A stretch of DNA of 64,000 nucleotides, from the NCBI GenBank assembly GCA_963727445.1, contig CAVSGI010000015.1, forward strand, positions 224,001 through 288,000. Direction: 5' to 3'. Positions 42,469 to 53,480 of the stretch are shown piece after piece (positions within the stretch are counted from its first letter, which is position 1; the number at the start of each line of letters is the position of its first letter). The notes beneath the pieces are model-generated. The model was not told where the DNA came from. It ran no database searches and saw nothing but the letters and a program-made list of their open reading frames with translations. The position numbers were made by a program, and so were the translations under genes. This DNA is from an uncultured delta proteobacterium (lineage in GTDB: Bacteria; Myxococcota_A; Polyangia; Polyangiales; B10-G4).

Positions 42469-43266
42469 ATGACCGGTCGCCTCGCAAACCTCGTTCTGGT
42501 CTGCGGGCTGACGCTGGCGGCGTGCGCACCCGGAGATCACCTGCCGGGGGAGCCCTGTGACACCGACGACGACTGCGCAGAAGGAAACGCGTGCGCGGCG
42601 GTGCACATGTCGGATGCTGGGTACGTCTACCAATGCATCGCGCGGTGCGACGACGTCGCGGCGGCCAACGACGCCACCTTCCTCTTGGGCGGCCGGTGCG
42701 CGAGCGGCGAGCTCTGCTGGGTCTACCGGGGCGATGAGCTGCACTCCTACGGGTGTCTGCCGGGCGGCGACATTCCGATCGGCGCGCCGTGTGTGGACGA
42801 CTACTTCAGTTGTGAGCTCGGCGCCTACTGCGAGGCCTGGATCGGCGCGGAGACGATCTCCTACTGCACCGCCGCGTGCAACGTTCACGGATGTCACCTC
42901 GGCGAGCATTGCTCGAGGCTGACGGACTGCGAGGTGGGGCTGGCGTGTGCGGCCGTCGGCCCGTCGGACACTCCCGCAGCGAACGAGTGCGTCGAGGCGT
43001 GTACGTCTCCCAATCCCGCAGCCGACACCCCGTCCCTCTGTGCGAGCGGCGAGCTCTGCTGGCGAACGACCGACGACGCGAGCGACCCGTGGGCGTGCTA
43101 TCCGGGTGGCGACCAACCCGTCGGGGGTCCGTGCACCCAGGTCTCCGATTGCGAGCGCGGATCGGCGTGTTCGGGGAGCGCGGGTTCAGCGACGTGCGTC
43201 CCCGCGTGCAACACGGACGCGGATTGTACGGGAGCCAGCTGCGATGGCGGGCTCTGTACGCCATGA
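42469..43266 (+). CDS. Cys-rich lipoprotein with an internal duplication
   Basis: Lipobox LAAC; CASGELCW...C.PGGD.P.G.PC occurs twice. Confidence 0.75.
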   Translation: MTGRLANLVLVCGLTLAACAPGDHLPGEPCDTDDDCAEGNACAAVHMSDAGYVYQCIARCDDVAAANDATFLLGGRCASGELCWVYRGDELHSYGCLPGGDIPIGAPCVDDYFSCELGAYCEAWIGAETISYCTAACNVHGCHLGEHCSRLTDCEVGLACAAVGPSDTPAANECVEACTSPNPAADTPSLCASGELCWRTTDDASDPWACYPGGDQPVGGPCTQVSDCERGSACSGSAGSATCVPACNTDADCTGASCDGGLCTP

Positions 43267-43442
43267 CCTACATCGCGGGAGCAGCACTCGGAGCGGCGAT
43301 GAGGAAAGACGCCGACCCTCCCATGATCTCCGCCCGCCCTCCCATGTGCGTGTCATACTGGACCATCACGGAGCCTGAACTCTCCCTCGTCACCTCGATC
43401 CCCGAGGACCGAGCCCCACGCGGGTGACGTAGAGGCGAGAAG

Positions 43443-43712
43443 ATGTCCGAAGTTACCCTGGCTCCCTACATCCTGACGGATGCCAATGGGTCCAATCCGC
43501 GGATCATCATCCCGGTCAAGACTCCCACTGCGCTGGTGTTGGTGGAGAGCCGCACCCGCGGTCGACTCCTGGTTCGCGAGACGGACAAGGACGGCGCCGG
43601 CATCGCGATCGACGTCGCCAGGCAATACATCCGCCTGCACCGGCGGAGGCTGGACGTGCTCTACGGGCAGATGGAGCGGATCCGAAGGTCGACGTCGGCC
43701 GACCGCGCATGA
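43443..43712 (+). CDS. Small hypothetical protein
   Basis: 89-aa ORF with an AGAGG RBS and normal codon usage; no motif recognised. Confidence 0.5.
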   Translation: MSEVTLAPYILTDANGSNPRIIIPVKTPTALVLVESRTRGRLLVRETDKDGAGIAIDVARQYIRLHRRRLDVLYGQMERIRRSTSADRA

Positions 43713-43748
43713 GCGGCTCCTCGTGGGCAGGAGCTCACTCGCGGCTCC

Positions 43749-45080
<1,332 letters not shown>

Positions 45081-45096
45081 ACTCTCGCCTGGTTGG

Positions 45097-45774
45097 ATGA
45101 GGCGCGGACCCTATCACCCGAATGGATCGAGGCAACGCCTCCTTTGGGCGGCCGTCGCGCTGGCGCTCCTGCTCCTCGCGCCCCTCGGCACCGCGCCCAC
45201 CCGCGCGCAGCCCGGGCCGGGAAACGCGCAACCTTTCCCGACGCTTCCCATCGAGGTGACGGTGGCGACGAACGGCGAGGATCCCGTGGTCACCCGCGCG
45301 TGGCTCGACAGCCACGTGGCGATGGCCAACCGCATCTTCGCGCCCGTGGGCCTGTCCTTCACGCTCACCGACGTCCACGAGATGTCCGGGGATCACGCGC
45401 GGCTCGAGGATCGTGACGACCGCCACGCCCTCGGCGAGCTGATGCACCCCGACGTGATCAACTGGTTCGCGGTGCAGAGCCTGAGGGACGTCGACGATCC
45501 GAGCCGGATGCGCTCGGGGGTGCATTGGCGGCCGGCGACCAGGCCGGGGGCACACCTGGTGATCGTCGCCTCCCGTGCCGACGACGAGGTCCTGGCGCAC
45601 GAGCTCGGGCACTTCTTCGGCAACCGGGAGCACCCCGAGGTGGCGGGCAACATCATGAGCTACCTGCCGACGCCGCCTGGGACCCTGCCTTTTTTCGACG
45701 ACGTTCAAAAAAGGCGGATCCGCCGCTTCGCCCGGCGATTCCTCCAAACCCGCGAGATCGTTCCGGTCGAGTGA
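45097..45774 (+). CDS. Secreted metzincin-like zinc metallopeptidase
   Basis: Signal peptide, HELGHFFGNREH and a Met-turn NIMSY. Start is uncertain. Confidence 0.75.
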   Translation: MRRGPYHPNGSRQRLLWAAVALALLLLAPLGTAPTRAQPGPGNAQPFPTLPIEVTVATNGEDPVVTRAWLDSHVAMANRIFAPVGLSFTLTDVHEMSGDHARLEDRDDRHALGELMHPDVINWFAVQSLRDVDDPSRMRSGVHWRPATRPGAHLVIVASRADDEVLAHELGHFFGNREHPEVAGNIMSYLPTPPGTLPFFDDVQKRRIRRFARRFLQTREIVPVE

Positions 45775-45820
45775 GCTGCGCGAATATCCTCACCGCTCAC
45801 TCGTCCACGCTTGTCCATTG

Positions 45821-45838
45821 ACGATTCCTCGGAATCGT
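45821..45838. promoter_or_regulatory. Palindromic operator candidate overlapping a TTGACG -35-like hexamer
   Basis: ACGATTCC-tc-GGAATCGT; TTGACG at 45818-45823. Confidence 0.45.
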
Positions 45839-45933
45839 TTTGAAGTCCACGCCGTGAAGGCGATGGGGCGATGGATGCCCCGGAGCTGGAAGGGCGGGGT
45901 CTCGGGCTTCGCCAACCGCGAAGGGGAACGCAA

Positions 45934-46920
45934 ATGAACCGGCTCCAACTGATCACCGTTTTGGCCCTGGGCACGATGCTCGGTGGCTGCACCGTTCACG
46001 CAACGACGCGGGCGAGGACCGCGCCGCCGCCGCGGGCCACCGTCACCGTGCAGCAGCCGGCGCAGCCGACCGCCACCGCGACGACCTCCGCGTCCACGAC
46101 CACGGCCACGCCGACGGCCACGACCACGGCTACGCCGACGGTTCAGGCGAACACCCCGGCGACGCCCACCGTGAGCACCGGCGCGACCACCGTCGCCCGT
46201 CCCGCCACGCCCGCTGCGCACCCTGCCGTGCGCACCACGCCGGCCACCCCGACGGTGGCGACCCCCGGCGCCCACGGCCGCGCCAACGCCGCCGCGGTCC
46301 ACGAGCGCAATGAGGCGCGTCAGGACGCCCGCGCCGCTGAGCGCGAGCAGCGTCGTCAGGAGCGCGAGGCCGCTCAGGCGCAGCGCCGTCAGGAGCGCGA
46401 GGCCGCCGCGCAGGCGCGCCGCGAGGAGCAGGAGCGCCGCCGCCAGGAGCGCGCGGCCGCCCAGGAGCAGCGCCGTCAGGAGCGCGAGGCCGCTGCGCAA
46501 GCGCGCCGCGACGCCCAGGAGCAGCGCCGTCAGGAGCGCGAGGCCGCCATGGCCGCGCGTCAGGAGCGCATCGCGGCCGGCATGGAGGCGCGCATGGAGC
46601 AGCGCGAGGCCGCCATGGAAGCACGCCAGGAGCGTCGCGAGTCCGCCATGGAGGCGCGCGAAGAGCGTCGTGACGCCGCGATGGACGCGCGTCAGGAGCG
46701 CCGCGAGTCCGCCATGGAGGCGCGCATGGAGCGTCGCGAGTCCGCCATGGAAGCGCGTCAGGAGCGCCGCGAGGCCGCGATGGATCGCCGCGAGGAGCAT
46801 CGGGAAGATCGCGCGTCCATGGGTGGCGCCTCGGCCATGGGGAGCGCCTCGGTGATGGTCTCCGCCATGGGCGGCGGTGCGTCGGCGATGGGCGGCGGCG
46901 CGTCGATGGGGATGAACTGA
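45934..46920 (+). CDS. Lipoprotein with T/P/A linker, 11-residue charged repeats and Met/Gly tail
   Basis: Lipobox LGGC, RBS aagggga, RQERRE(S/A)AMEA-type repeats. Confidence 0.8.
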   Translation: MNRLQLITVLALGTMLGGCTVHATTRARTAPPPRATVTVQQPAQPTATATTSASTTTATPTATTTATPTVQANTPATPTVSTGATTVARPATPAAHPAVRTTPATPTVATPGAHGRANAAAVHERNEARQDARAAEREQRRQEREAAQAQRRQEREAAAQARREEQERRRQERAAAQEQRRQEREAAAQARRDAQEQRRQEREAAMAARQERIAAGMEARMEQREAAMEARQERRESAMEAREERRDAAMDARQERRESAMEARMERRESAMEARQERREAAMDRREEHREDRASMGGASAMGSASVMVSAMGGGASAMGGGASMGMN

Positions 46921-46932
46921 AGGCGGGCGCGC

Positions 46933-48348
46933 CTAGCGCGCGTTCTTCCAGGTGGCTTGGCTGAAGATCGTCATGAAGATGATCTTCAGGTCGAGCTGAA
47001 GCCCCCAGTCACGGATGTAGGCGAGGTCGTGCTCGACCCGCTTCTCCATCTTGCCGAGGGTGTCCGTCTCGCCCCGCCAGCCGTTGACCTGCGCCCATCC
47101 GGTGATCCCGGGCTTCACTTTGTGCCTCAGCATGTAGCCCGGGATCAGGCGCCGGTACTGTTCGTTGTGCGCGACCGCGTGAGGGCGCGGACCGACGATC
47201 GACATCTCCCCCGTCAGGACGTTGAAGAACTGGGGTAGCTCGTCGAGAGAGGTCCGGCGCAGGAACGCACCGAGTGGCGTCACCCGTGGATCGTGCTCCT
47301 TCGCCTGCTCGATCCGATCGCCGTCTTCGCAGACAGTCATGGTTCGGAACTTGAGCACCGTGATCTCCTCGCCGCGTAGGCCGTAGCGTCGCTGCCGGAA
47401 GAGCACCGGCCCCTGGGAGGTGAGCTTCACCGCGGCCGCGATCAGCAGCATGGGAATCGAGACGAAGACGAGGATGGCCGCGCCCAGGACGATGTCCTCG
47501 ATGCGCTTCAGCGTTCCGTCGACGCCGTGGAATGGGTCGTCGAAGATGCTGATGACCGGCAGCCGCCCCACCGACGCGAAGCGCGCCTGCATCAGCTCGG
47601 TGAGCAGGACGTCCGCGACGACGTGAACCGACGCCGTGGTGTCGGCCAGCTCCGCCACCAGCGTTCGGATGCGTCCTTCCGCGCGGAGCGGAAGCGCGAT
47701 GTAGACGATGTCGACCTTGCCGGCGCGGGCGTCGTCCACCAGCCGGTCGAAGTCGCCGCGTAGCTTCGCCACGCCCCTCGGGATGGCGGTCACGCGCGCG
47801 TCGTCATCGCCGCGATCGTCGTAGATGCCGTAGATGCGGAAGCCCGCCCAGGGGATGTCGTCGATCTCGCGCGCGAGATCCAGCGCCGACTCGGTGGCGC
47901 CCGCGATGGCGACGCTGCGCGTGTTGCGACCCCGGCGGCGCGCTTCGCGGATCGCGCCACGGAGCAGCGCACGCGAGAGCGTGAGCGTCGTGGGTGTCGC
48001 CACCAGCCACAAGAACACCGTGGTGTGCGCGATCGATTCGCTGCCTCCCGCGAAATACCCGACCAGAAAGAGGACGGGCACGATCACCGCAAAGCTCGTC
48101 CACACGTGGAAGAGCTCGGTGCGGAGCGGGGTGCCACGCCAGGGGCCGTAGAGCCCACCCGCGTCTGCGCTCAGACCATAGAGCACCGCGGCGAGGAGAC
48201 CGGCGGACAGGTGCACGTCGGTCCACTGATCTCCCATAGCCGCGGTGCAGAGCCACGCCAGCCCCAGCACGAGCGCACCATCGAAGATTCGAAGTGCGAG
48301 GATCAGCCGATTCATGTACGGCCGAATCAAGCCGGGCGCGATGGGCAT
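46933..48348 (-). CDS. wcaJ: Undecaprenyl-phosphate glucose phosphotransferase (WcaJ/GumD-like priming glycosyltransferase)
   Basis: Four N-terminal TMs and a CoA-binding-like domain; [34 protein letters not shown] and [17 protein letters not shown]. Confidence 0.9.
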   Translation of the reverse strand: MPIAPGLIRPYMNRLILALRIFDGALVLGLAWLCTAAMGDQWTDVHLSAGLLAAVLYGLSADAGGLYGPWRGTPLRTELFHVWTSFAVIVPVLFLVGYFAGGSESIAHTTVFLWLVATPTTLTLSRALLRGAIREARRRGRNTRSVAIAGATESALDLAREIDDIPWAGFRIYGIYDDRGDDDARVTAIPRGVAKLRGDFDRLVDDARAGKVDIVYIALPLRAEGRIRTLVAELADTTASVHVVADVLLTELMQARFASVGRLPVISIFDDPFHGVDGTLKRIEDIVLGAAILVFVSIPMLLIAAAVKLTSQGPVLFRQRRYGLRGEEITVLKFRTMTVCEDGDRIEQAKEHDPRVTPLGAFLRRTSLDELPQFFNVLTGEMSIVGPRPHAVAHNEQYRRLIPGYMLRHKVKPGITGWAQVNGWRGETDTLGKMEKRVEHDLAYIRDWGLQLDLKIIFMTIFSQATWKNAR

Positions 48349-48363
48349 GGTGCACCGATGCAG

Positions 48364-48380
48364 TGCATCACGCATGCCTG
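48364..48380 (-). promoter_or_regulatory. Putative sigma-54 promoter of the wcaJ-like gene
   Basis: Minus strand reads CAGGCATGCGTGATGCA (GG-N10-GC). Upstream inverted repeats lie at 48434-48456 and 48476-48490. Confidence 0.4.
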
Positions 48381-48493
48381 TGGGCGGACGCGCCGAAGTG
48401 CGCGCATCTCGGCGTCAACGCACTCCAGTGAGCGTGGCAAATGGCAACGCTGCCACAAGACCGCCACGACACGGTCGCGACGATGTCGCGCCT

Positions 48494-50068
48494 TCAGACG
48501 CTCGGGCCTTCGAAGAGCTCGGGGATCACTCCGTCCACCTCGCCCAACGTTTCGCCAGCACCGACCGCGCTCATCGCGCTGGTCAACACCTGCGCCGGAT
48601 GCCATCCGCTCTTCTGCACGTGCTGGCCCTGGATCATGCCGCCGGCGCGACCGGCGACGAGGCACGCCATGCGCTCGGTGGAGTGCGAGCGCTTCATCGA
48701 GCCGTCGGAGGGGTCGAGTCCGTAGCCGCCTTCGTGAGTGAAGACCATGGCGCAGTGGTCGAGGAGGCGGCTTCCGTCGACCTCGGTCGTGTTCGCGAGC
48801 GCGTCCACCAGCGAGGCGAAGTGCTTGTAATGCCAGGCCAGAATCTCGGCCTGCCCGCGCGTGCCGTGACGGTCGCCGGAGTGCCCCAGCTCGTGCTGAT
48901 CCGACTCGCGGCCGATGAGCGGGTAGACGTTCATCCAGGAGTGGAAGTGCGTGTACATCAGGGACACCGAGCGGGTGAGGTCACAGGCAAAGGCCATGTG
49001 GATCAGCCGATTGAACACCTCGGCGCGTAGATCCTCGTTCGAGTAGCCATTGCTGATGTTGTAGGGGTACTCGTCTCCCACCTGGACGCGGTTGCCGCCG
49101 GCGGAGGGGTCGGTGCCCGGGTCGTCGAGGGCCATGCACGCCCCCTCGGCCATCGGACCGAGCTCGGCGATGCGCCGCTCGAGGTCACGGATCTCGTCGA
49201 AGTGTCGCTCGAGGCGCACCTGGTCGGGACGGCCGAGGCGGCTGTTCAAGTACTCGGCCTGGCCGCGAACGACGTCGAGGATGCTGCTGCGGACGCGGCG
49301 GTCGAAGTCGCGCGCCGCGGCGACGGAGGGATCCTCGGCTTCGAAGTTGTAGAAGAGATCTTCCCAGGCCTGGCGCGGGCTGGTCTGGGGGCGGATGCGC
49401 TCGCCGGGCTCGCCGATGCCGCCGCCGTCGCGATAGCTGATCATCGCGCGGCTGCCGATGCCGCCGCCGCCGAGGTAGCTGGAGAGCTGGACGCAGAACT
49501 GGAGCGAGTGGAAGAGGGTCTCGTCGCCGCCGAGGGCGTCGGCCGCCACCTGGTCCGAGGTCGGGCCGAAGCACTTCGAGGTCTCTCCCGAGGGCGTGCG
49601 CACACCGGAGAGGAGCGGGCTCACCATCGTCTCGTGATGATTGTCGGGGCGGCCGCCCGCGGGGACGGTGCCGCCGTTCATCCCGGCCCATGGGATGCGC
49701 AGATCGGTGATGACGCTGATCTCGTTCTGCACGTCGCCGTAGGTGGCGCCGGAGGGCAGCGTGCCGCCGGCGAAGGGGGCGAGGGCGGTCTTGAGGTCGT
49801 AGCCGAAGCCCGTGGTGGTGGGGACGTAGGTCTCGTCGATGTCCACGTTGCCCGAGCCGAGAGAGCTGCCCGCGACGCAGACCATGTAGCGCTTCGGGAT
49901 CCCCGCGGCCCGCGCTGGCGACGCGTCCCGCATGATCTCGAGGAAGGGCAGCGCCACCGCCGCACCCCCGATGCCGCGGAGCACCGCGCGACGACTGATC
50001 CCGATTCTGGGGGCCTGCTCGCCCCCCTCACTGCCCCGGCGGGTCTTCTTTTCCTTCTCGTTGGTCAT
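48494..50068 (-). CDS. DUF1552-family protein with Tat signal
   Basis: ISRRAVLRGIGGAAVALPFLE, D..RLE.HFD.IRDLERRI, AFACDLTR, HELGH, E.DGSRLLD and H-S motifs. Confidence 0.88.
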   Translation of the reverse strand: MTNEKEKKTRRGSEGGEQAPRIGISRRAVLRGIGGAAVALPFLEIMRDASPARAAGIPKRYMVCVAGSSLGSGNVDIDETYVPTTTGFGYDLKTALAPFAGGTLPSGATYGDVQNEISVITDLRIPWAGMNGGTVPAGGRPDNHHETMVSPLLSGVRTPSGETSKCFGPTSDQVAADALGGDETLFHSLQFCVQLSSYLGGGGIGSRAMISYRDGGGIGEPGERIRPQTSPRQAWEDLFYNFEAEDPSVAAARDFDRRVRSSILDVVRGQAEYLNSRLGRPDQVRLERHFDEIRDLERRIAELGPMAEGACMALDDPGTDPSAGGNRVQVGDEYPYNISNGYSNEDLRAEVFNRLIHMAFACDLTRSVSLMYTHFHSWMNVYPLIGRESDQHELGHSGDRHGTRGQAEILAWHYKHFASLVDALANTTEVDGSRLLDHCAMVFTHEGGYGLDPSDGSMKRSHSTERMACLVAGRAGGMIQGQHVQKSGWHPAQVLTSAMSAVGAGETLGEVDGVIPELFEGPSV

Positions 50069-50078
50069 CGTCCTCTCC

Positions 50079-51758
50079 TCACTCCCCCGCGCCCGCGGCC
50101 CAGGCCTCGTCGCGTCGCGTGAGGGCGAAGCGATCGCTCGCCACCACGTCCACCAGAAGATCCCGAAAGCCCCACGCCGTCCCCGCGCGATCGTTCACCA
50201 GCTCGCCGATGAACGCCTCGTCGTCCGCCGTCTCCTCGCGTCCCATCGTGTAACGGACCACCTGGCGAATGACGCAGGCCTCGAGCGCGTCGCTGTCGGC
50301 GAGGAGCTCACCCAGCTCGCCCGGCCCGGTGAAGGTGCCGAAGCCCGGCAGCTCTCCGGCGCCATCGATGGGACACTCGGGCTTGCCGGGATCGTTCGCG
50401 CGGAACTGCCCTTCGAGATCGTAGTTCTCGAGGCCCCAGCCGATGGGATCCATCTGCGAGTGGCAGCCCGCGCAGGCCCCCTGCTGGTGCGCCTCCACCT
50501 GCTCCGACTTGCAGTGGGTCTCGGGGATGTCGTCGGCGTTGACGTTCGCGGGCGGGGGCGGAAGGATCGCGCAGAGCAGCCGCTCGCGCACGAAGACGCC
50601 CCGCCGGGTGACGCTGGTGTCGCCGCCGGTGGAGAAGCCCGACAGGACCGCGCCGTGGCTGAGGATGCCGCCGCGGCCGCTGCCCTCGTAGCTGACCCAA
50701 CCGCCGTCGCCCTCGGGCGCGGGCAGACCGTAGTGCTCGGCGAGCATCGGGCTCACGTAGGTCTCGCCCATGCGGAAGATGTCGAGGTAGGGCAGGTCCT
50801 CGTCGAAGATCACGCGCTCGATCAGCGCGCGGGTCTCTTCGCGCATCGCCTGGGTGAGCTCGGGCGAGTGGAACAGGGTGTTGTAGCCGAGCCACTGCGC
50901 GTGGAAGCGATCGAGCTGATCGAGGGCGCGCGGATCGTCGAGCATCTCGCGCGCCGCCGCGGCGCGGCCCTCGGTCGTCTCCAGCTCACCGCTCGACGCG
51001 AGATCGAGGAGCCAGCGGTCGGGGGTGCTGCCCCAGAGCAGGTAGCTCATCCGGGTGGCGATCTCGTAGCCGTCGAGGCGGTAGACGTCGGTCATGCCCG
51101 GCACCGGCGTGCCGATCTCGACGCGGTACAGGAAGTCGGGCGACTGGAGCATGGCCCGGATCACGAGGCTGATGCCGAGCTCGAAGTCGCCCGCCTCTTC
51201 GGCGAGGGGAGCCAGCGTCATGAAGCGGTCCACCTCGGGGGTCTCGAGGGGACGGCGGAAGGCGAGGAGCCCGAAGTCTTCGACGAAGGAGCGAAGGCAC
51301 GCCGTGTCGCCTGGCCCGGTGGCCGTGCAGGGGACGATGGAGCCGAGGACCGCGCCGTCGCTGGTGACGTGCGCGGCGACCGCGTCGGCGATGGTCTCGT
51401 AGCCGGAGATCACGACACCGTCGGCGGTCTGGAGCGGGTAGACGTTGTCGAAGGGCCACTGCAGGAACATCCCCTGGCGCTCCTGGTCGTCCTCCGGCAG
51501 GTGCGCGACGGCGAGCTGCTCGGAGACGTCGACGAGGTCGCGCAGGGTGTTGTCGAGCTCGGCGCGCGAGAGGCGACGGGCGCCGGAGAGCGGGATGTCC
51601 CGTGCGGTGAGCGGCGCCCCGTCGGCGCCCACCACCGAGCCCCCTGGTCCCGACCCCCCGGTCCCCGAACCCCCCGTGCCTCCGGCGTCTCCGATGAAGC
51701 CGTTGCACCCGGCGAGGGCGACGGCGAGAGCGAGCAGAAGGTGGCGGCTGTTCCCCAT
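50079..51758 (-). CDS. DUF1587/1595/1592/1588/1585 (PSD/PSCyt) lipoprotein with one CxxCH heme motif
   Basis: Lipobox LAGC; RRLSRAELDNTLRDL, AFRRPL, LQSPDFLYRVE, EIATRMSYLLWGSTPD, RGVFVRERLLC and CAGCHSQMDPIGWGLENYD. Confidence 0.9.
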   Translation of the reverse strand: MGNSRHLLLALAVALAGCNGFIGDAGGTGGSGTGGSGPGGSVVGADGAPLTARDIPLSGARRLSRAELDNTLRDLVDVSEQLAVAHLPEDDQERQGMFLQWPFDNVYPLQTADGVVISGYETIADAVAAHVTSDGAVLGSIVPCTATGPGDTACLRSFVEDFGLLAFRRPLETPEVDRFMTLAPLAEEAGDFELGISLVIRAMLQSPDFLYRVEIGTPVPGMTDVYRLDGYEIATRMSYLLWGSTPDRWLLDLASSGELETTEGRAAAAREMLDDPRALDQLDRFHAQWLGYNTLFHSPELTQAMREETRALIERVIFDEDLPYLDIFRMGETYVSPMLAEHYGLPAPEGDGGWVSYEGSGRGGILSHGAVLSGFSTGGDTSVTRRGVFVRERLLCAILPPPPANVNADDIPETHCKSEQVEAHQQGACAGCHSQMDPIGWGLENYDLEGQFRANDPGKPECPIDGAGELPGFGTFTGPGELGELLADSDALEACVIRQVVRYTMGREETADDEAFIGELVNDRAGTAWGFRDLLVDVVASDRFALTRRDEAWAAGAGE

Positions 51759-51872
51759 GGGCGATCCTCCAGCCTTCATCCTGGGGCACACCCAGGCCTA
51801 CATCGACGGAGCGTCGCTTACCCCTCCTTACCTGTATTAGCGTCGTGATCCCGAGAGCTTGTGAGAGCAGCT

Positions 51873-52658
51873 CTACGGGTTGGCGAGGGTGGTGAGGGTC
51901 GCCTCGGAGAGCACGCGGTCGTAGAGCCGAGCCTCGTCGACCTCTCCGCTCCATGGCAGAACGCTGGTGCTCGAGGCGTCGCCCCCGATCAGGATCTCGG
52001 CCCGGGAGCTGTCGGCTTCGCCGGCGCCCGAGGCGACCTCGAGGCCGTCGACGTACAGACGTATGGCCACTCCGTCCCAGGTGCCCGCGAGATGGGACCA
52101 CTCGCCCAGCGCGACGGTGAAGGGCTCGCTCCAGATCCAGGTCTCTCCCTCGGCGTCGTTGCCCACGCCGAAGCCTGCGCGTCCCGCGCCGTCGATCCCC
52201 AGCGCCCAGGTGATCGCCCCGGGCTCCGCGCTGTCGCGCAGCTTGGCGAAGGCGGTGGCGCGCGTCAGCGTGCGGGGGCGAACGAAGATCGCCGCGGTCG
52301 CGGCGGTGGCGGTGACCAGACGACCGTCGTCGGTGCCGCGCATGTGCGCTTCGTTGCCGGCGAAGGCGAAGGCGCCGCCCACGCGCCCCATGGCGGCGCT
52401 CGGACAGACCTCGGGCACGCCGCATTCGAGGGTGGGCCCGCCCCCGTAGGGATCGCTGGCGGCGATCGCAGGGGCGTCGTCGAGAGGATAATAGGCGAGG
52501 AGCCCTTCGAGGAGCGTCTCGTCGCCCACGATCTCCACGCAGCGATCCCGCGTCTCGTCGCAGACGAAGCCCTGATCGCAGGGGCAGCGCTTGTCGGAGA
52601 AATCGACGGGCGCGACCGAGCAGCCCGCGAGCATCGCGAGGATCACGACGCGCTTCAC
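51873..52658 (-). CDS. LamG/concanavalin-A-like lectin-domain lipoprotein
   Basis: Lipobox LAGC; GLLAYYPLD, WSHLAGTWDG...LYVDG and WSGEVDEARLYDRVLS. Confidence 0.85.
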   Translation of the reverse strand: MKRVVILAMLAGCSVAPVDFSDKRCPCDQGFVCDETRDRCVEIVGDETLLEGLLAYYPLDDAPAIAASDPYGGGPTLECGVPEVCPSAAMGRVGGAFAFAGNEAHMRGTDDGRLVTATAATAAIFVRPRTLTRATAFAKLRDSAEPGAITWALGIDGAGRAGFGVGNDAEGETWIWSEPFTVALGEWSHLAGTWDGVAIRLYVDGLEVASGAGEADSSRAEILIGGDASSTSVLPWSGEVDEARLYDRVLSEATLTTLANP

Positions 52659-53449
52659 GGCAACGCGCCCCTGAGCGAGATGGACCCGGGGCCGATGGAG
52701 AGCGCGAGCTCGTCTTCGTCGTCGCCCGCGAGGACGAGGTCGAGGATCAACCAGGTGAGCCCCGCTGCCAGGACCACACCGCCGATCGCGAACATCACGT
52801 TGGCGATGCTGGCCATGCTCTCGGCGTCGCGGAACGACGCGCGGCTCGTCTCGTGCACGGGGTCGTCGACGGCGTCCTGTCTGAGGGACTGGGAGACGGA
52901 ACCGAAGGCGACGCCCGCCCCGAGGCCCAGGGCGCCCAGGCCCGCCACGATCACCGCGGGAATGCTCGGCCCCCGCGAGGGGCCTTCGTCGACCGGCGGC
53001 GTCTCCCCGCCCTCGCCCGACGGAGATTCGTCTTCGCTGACGACCTCGGCCTCCGATCCGTCGGTGGCTCCGCCGCCTCCCTCGGGCTCTTCGGTCACGC
53101 CGCCTGCCACCTGCGCGTCGAGGCGCTCGATCCGCGCCTCCACCAGACGACGGTCCTGCGCATCGGGCGCGCGCTCGAGGTAGTGACGAAAGGCCTCTGC
53201 CGCCTCGGCGAAGCGTCCGAGCTCCTCGTAGGCCCGGCCCAGGTTGTAGCTGATCACCGCCTCGTCGTAGAGGTCGCGCGCCTCGACCAGGAGCTCGACG
53301 GCGTCCTCGAAGCGCGCCTCTTGATAGCGCAGCTCCGCGGCCTCGAAGAGCACCAGGGCGCGCTCGCGCGGCTCTGCACCCTCGGATTGGGCGTGCGCGC
53401 GCGGCACCAGGGCGCCCAGAAGGCCCAAGGCGAGCGTGGTTGAGAGCAC
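52655..53449 (-). CDS. Exported TPR protein with C-terminal hydrophobic segments
   Basis: Signal ending AHA-Q; YNLGRAYEELGR...FRHYLERAPDA; stop overlaps the LamG start. Start is GTG 53449 or ATG 53482. Confidence 0.8.
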   Translation of the reverse strand: MLSTTLALGLLGALVPRAHAQSEGAEPRERALVLFEAAELRYQEARFEDAVELLVEARDLYDEAVISYNLGRAYEELGRFAEAAEAFRHYLERAPDAQDRRLVEARIERLDAQVAGGVTEEPEGGGGATDGSEAEVVSEDESPSGEGGETPPVDEGPSRGPSIPAVIVAGLGALGLGAGVAFGSVSQSLRQDAVDDPVHETSRASFRDAESMASIANVMFAIGGVVLAAGLTWLILDLVLAGDDEDELALSIGPGSISLRGALP

Positions 53450-53480
53450 CCGAGCTGCTCTGTACGATCCTCGAACCCGC

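Noticed and set aside
43263..43427. 54-aa ORF overlapping the stop of 42469..43266 (ATGA)
   Set aside because: The coupling is suggestive, but the ORF is short with no recognisable features, so support is insufficient.
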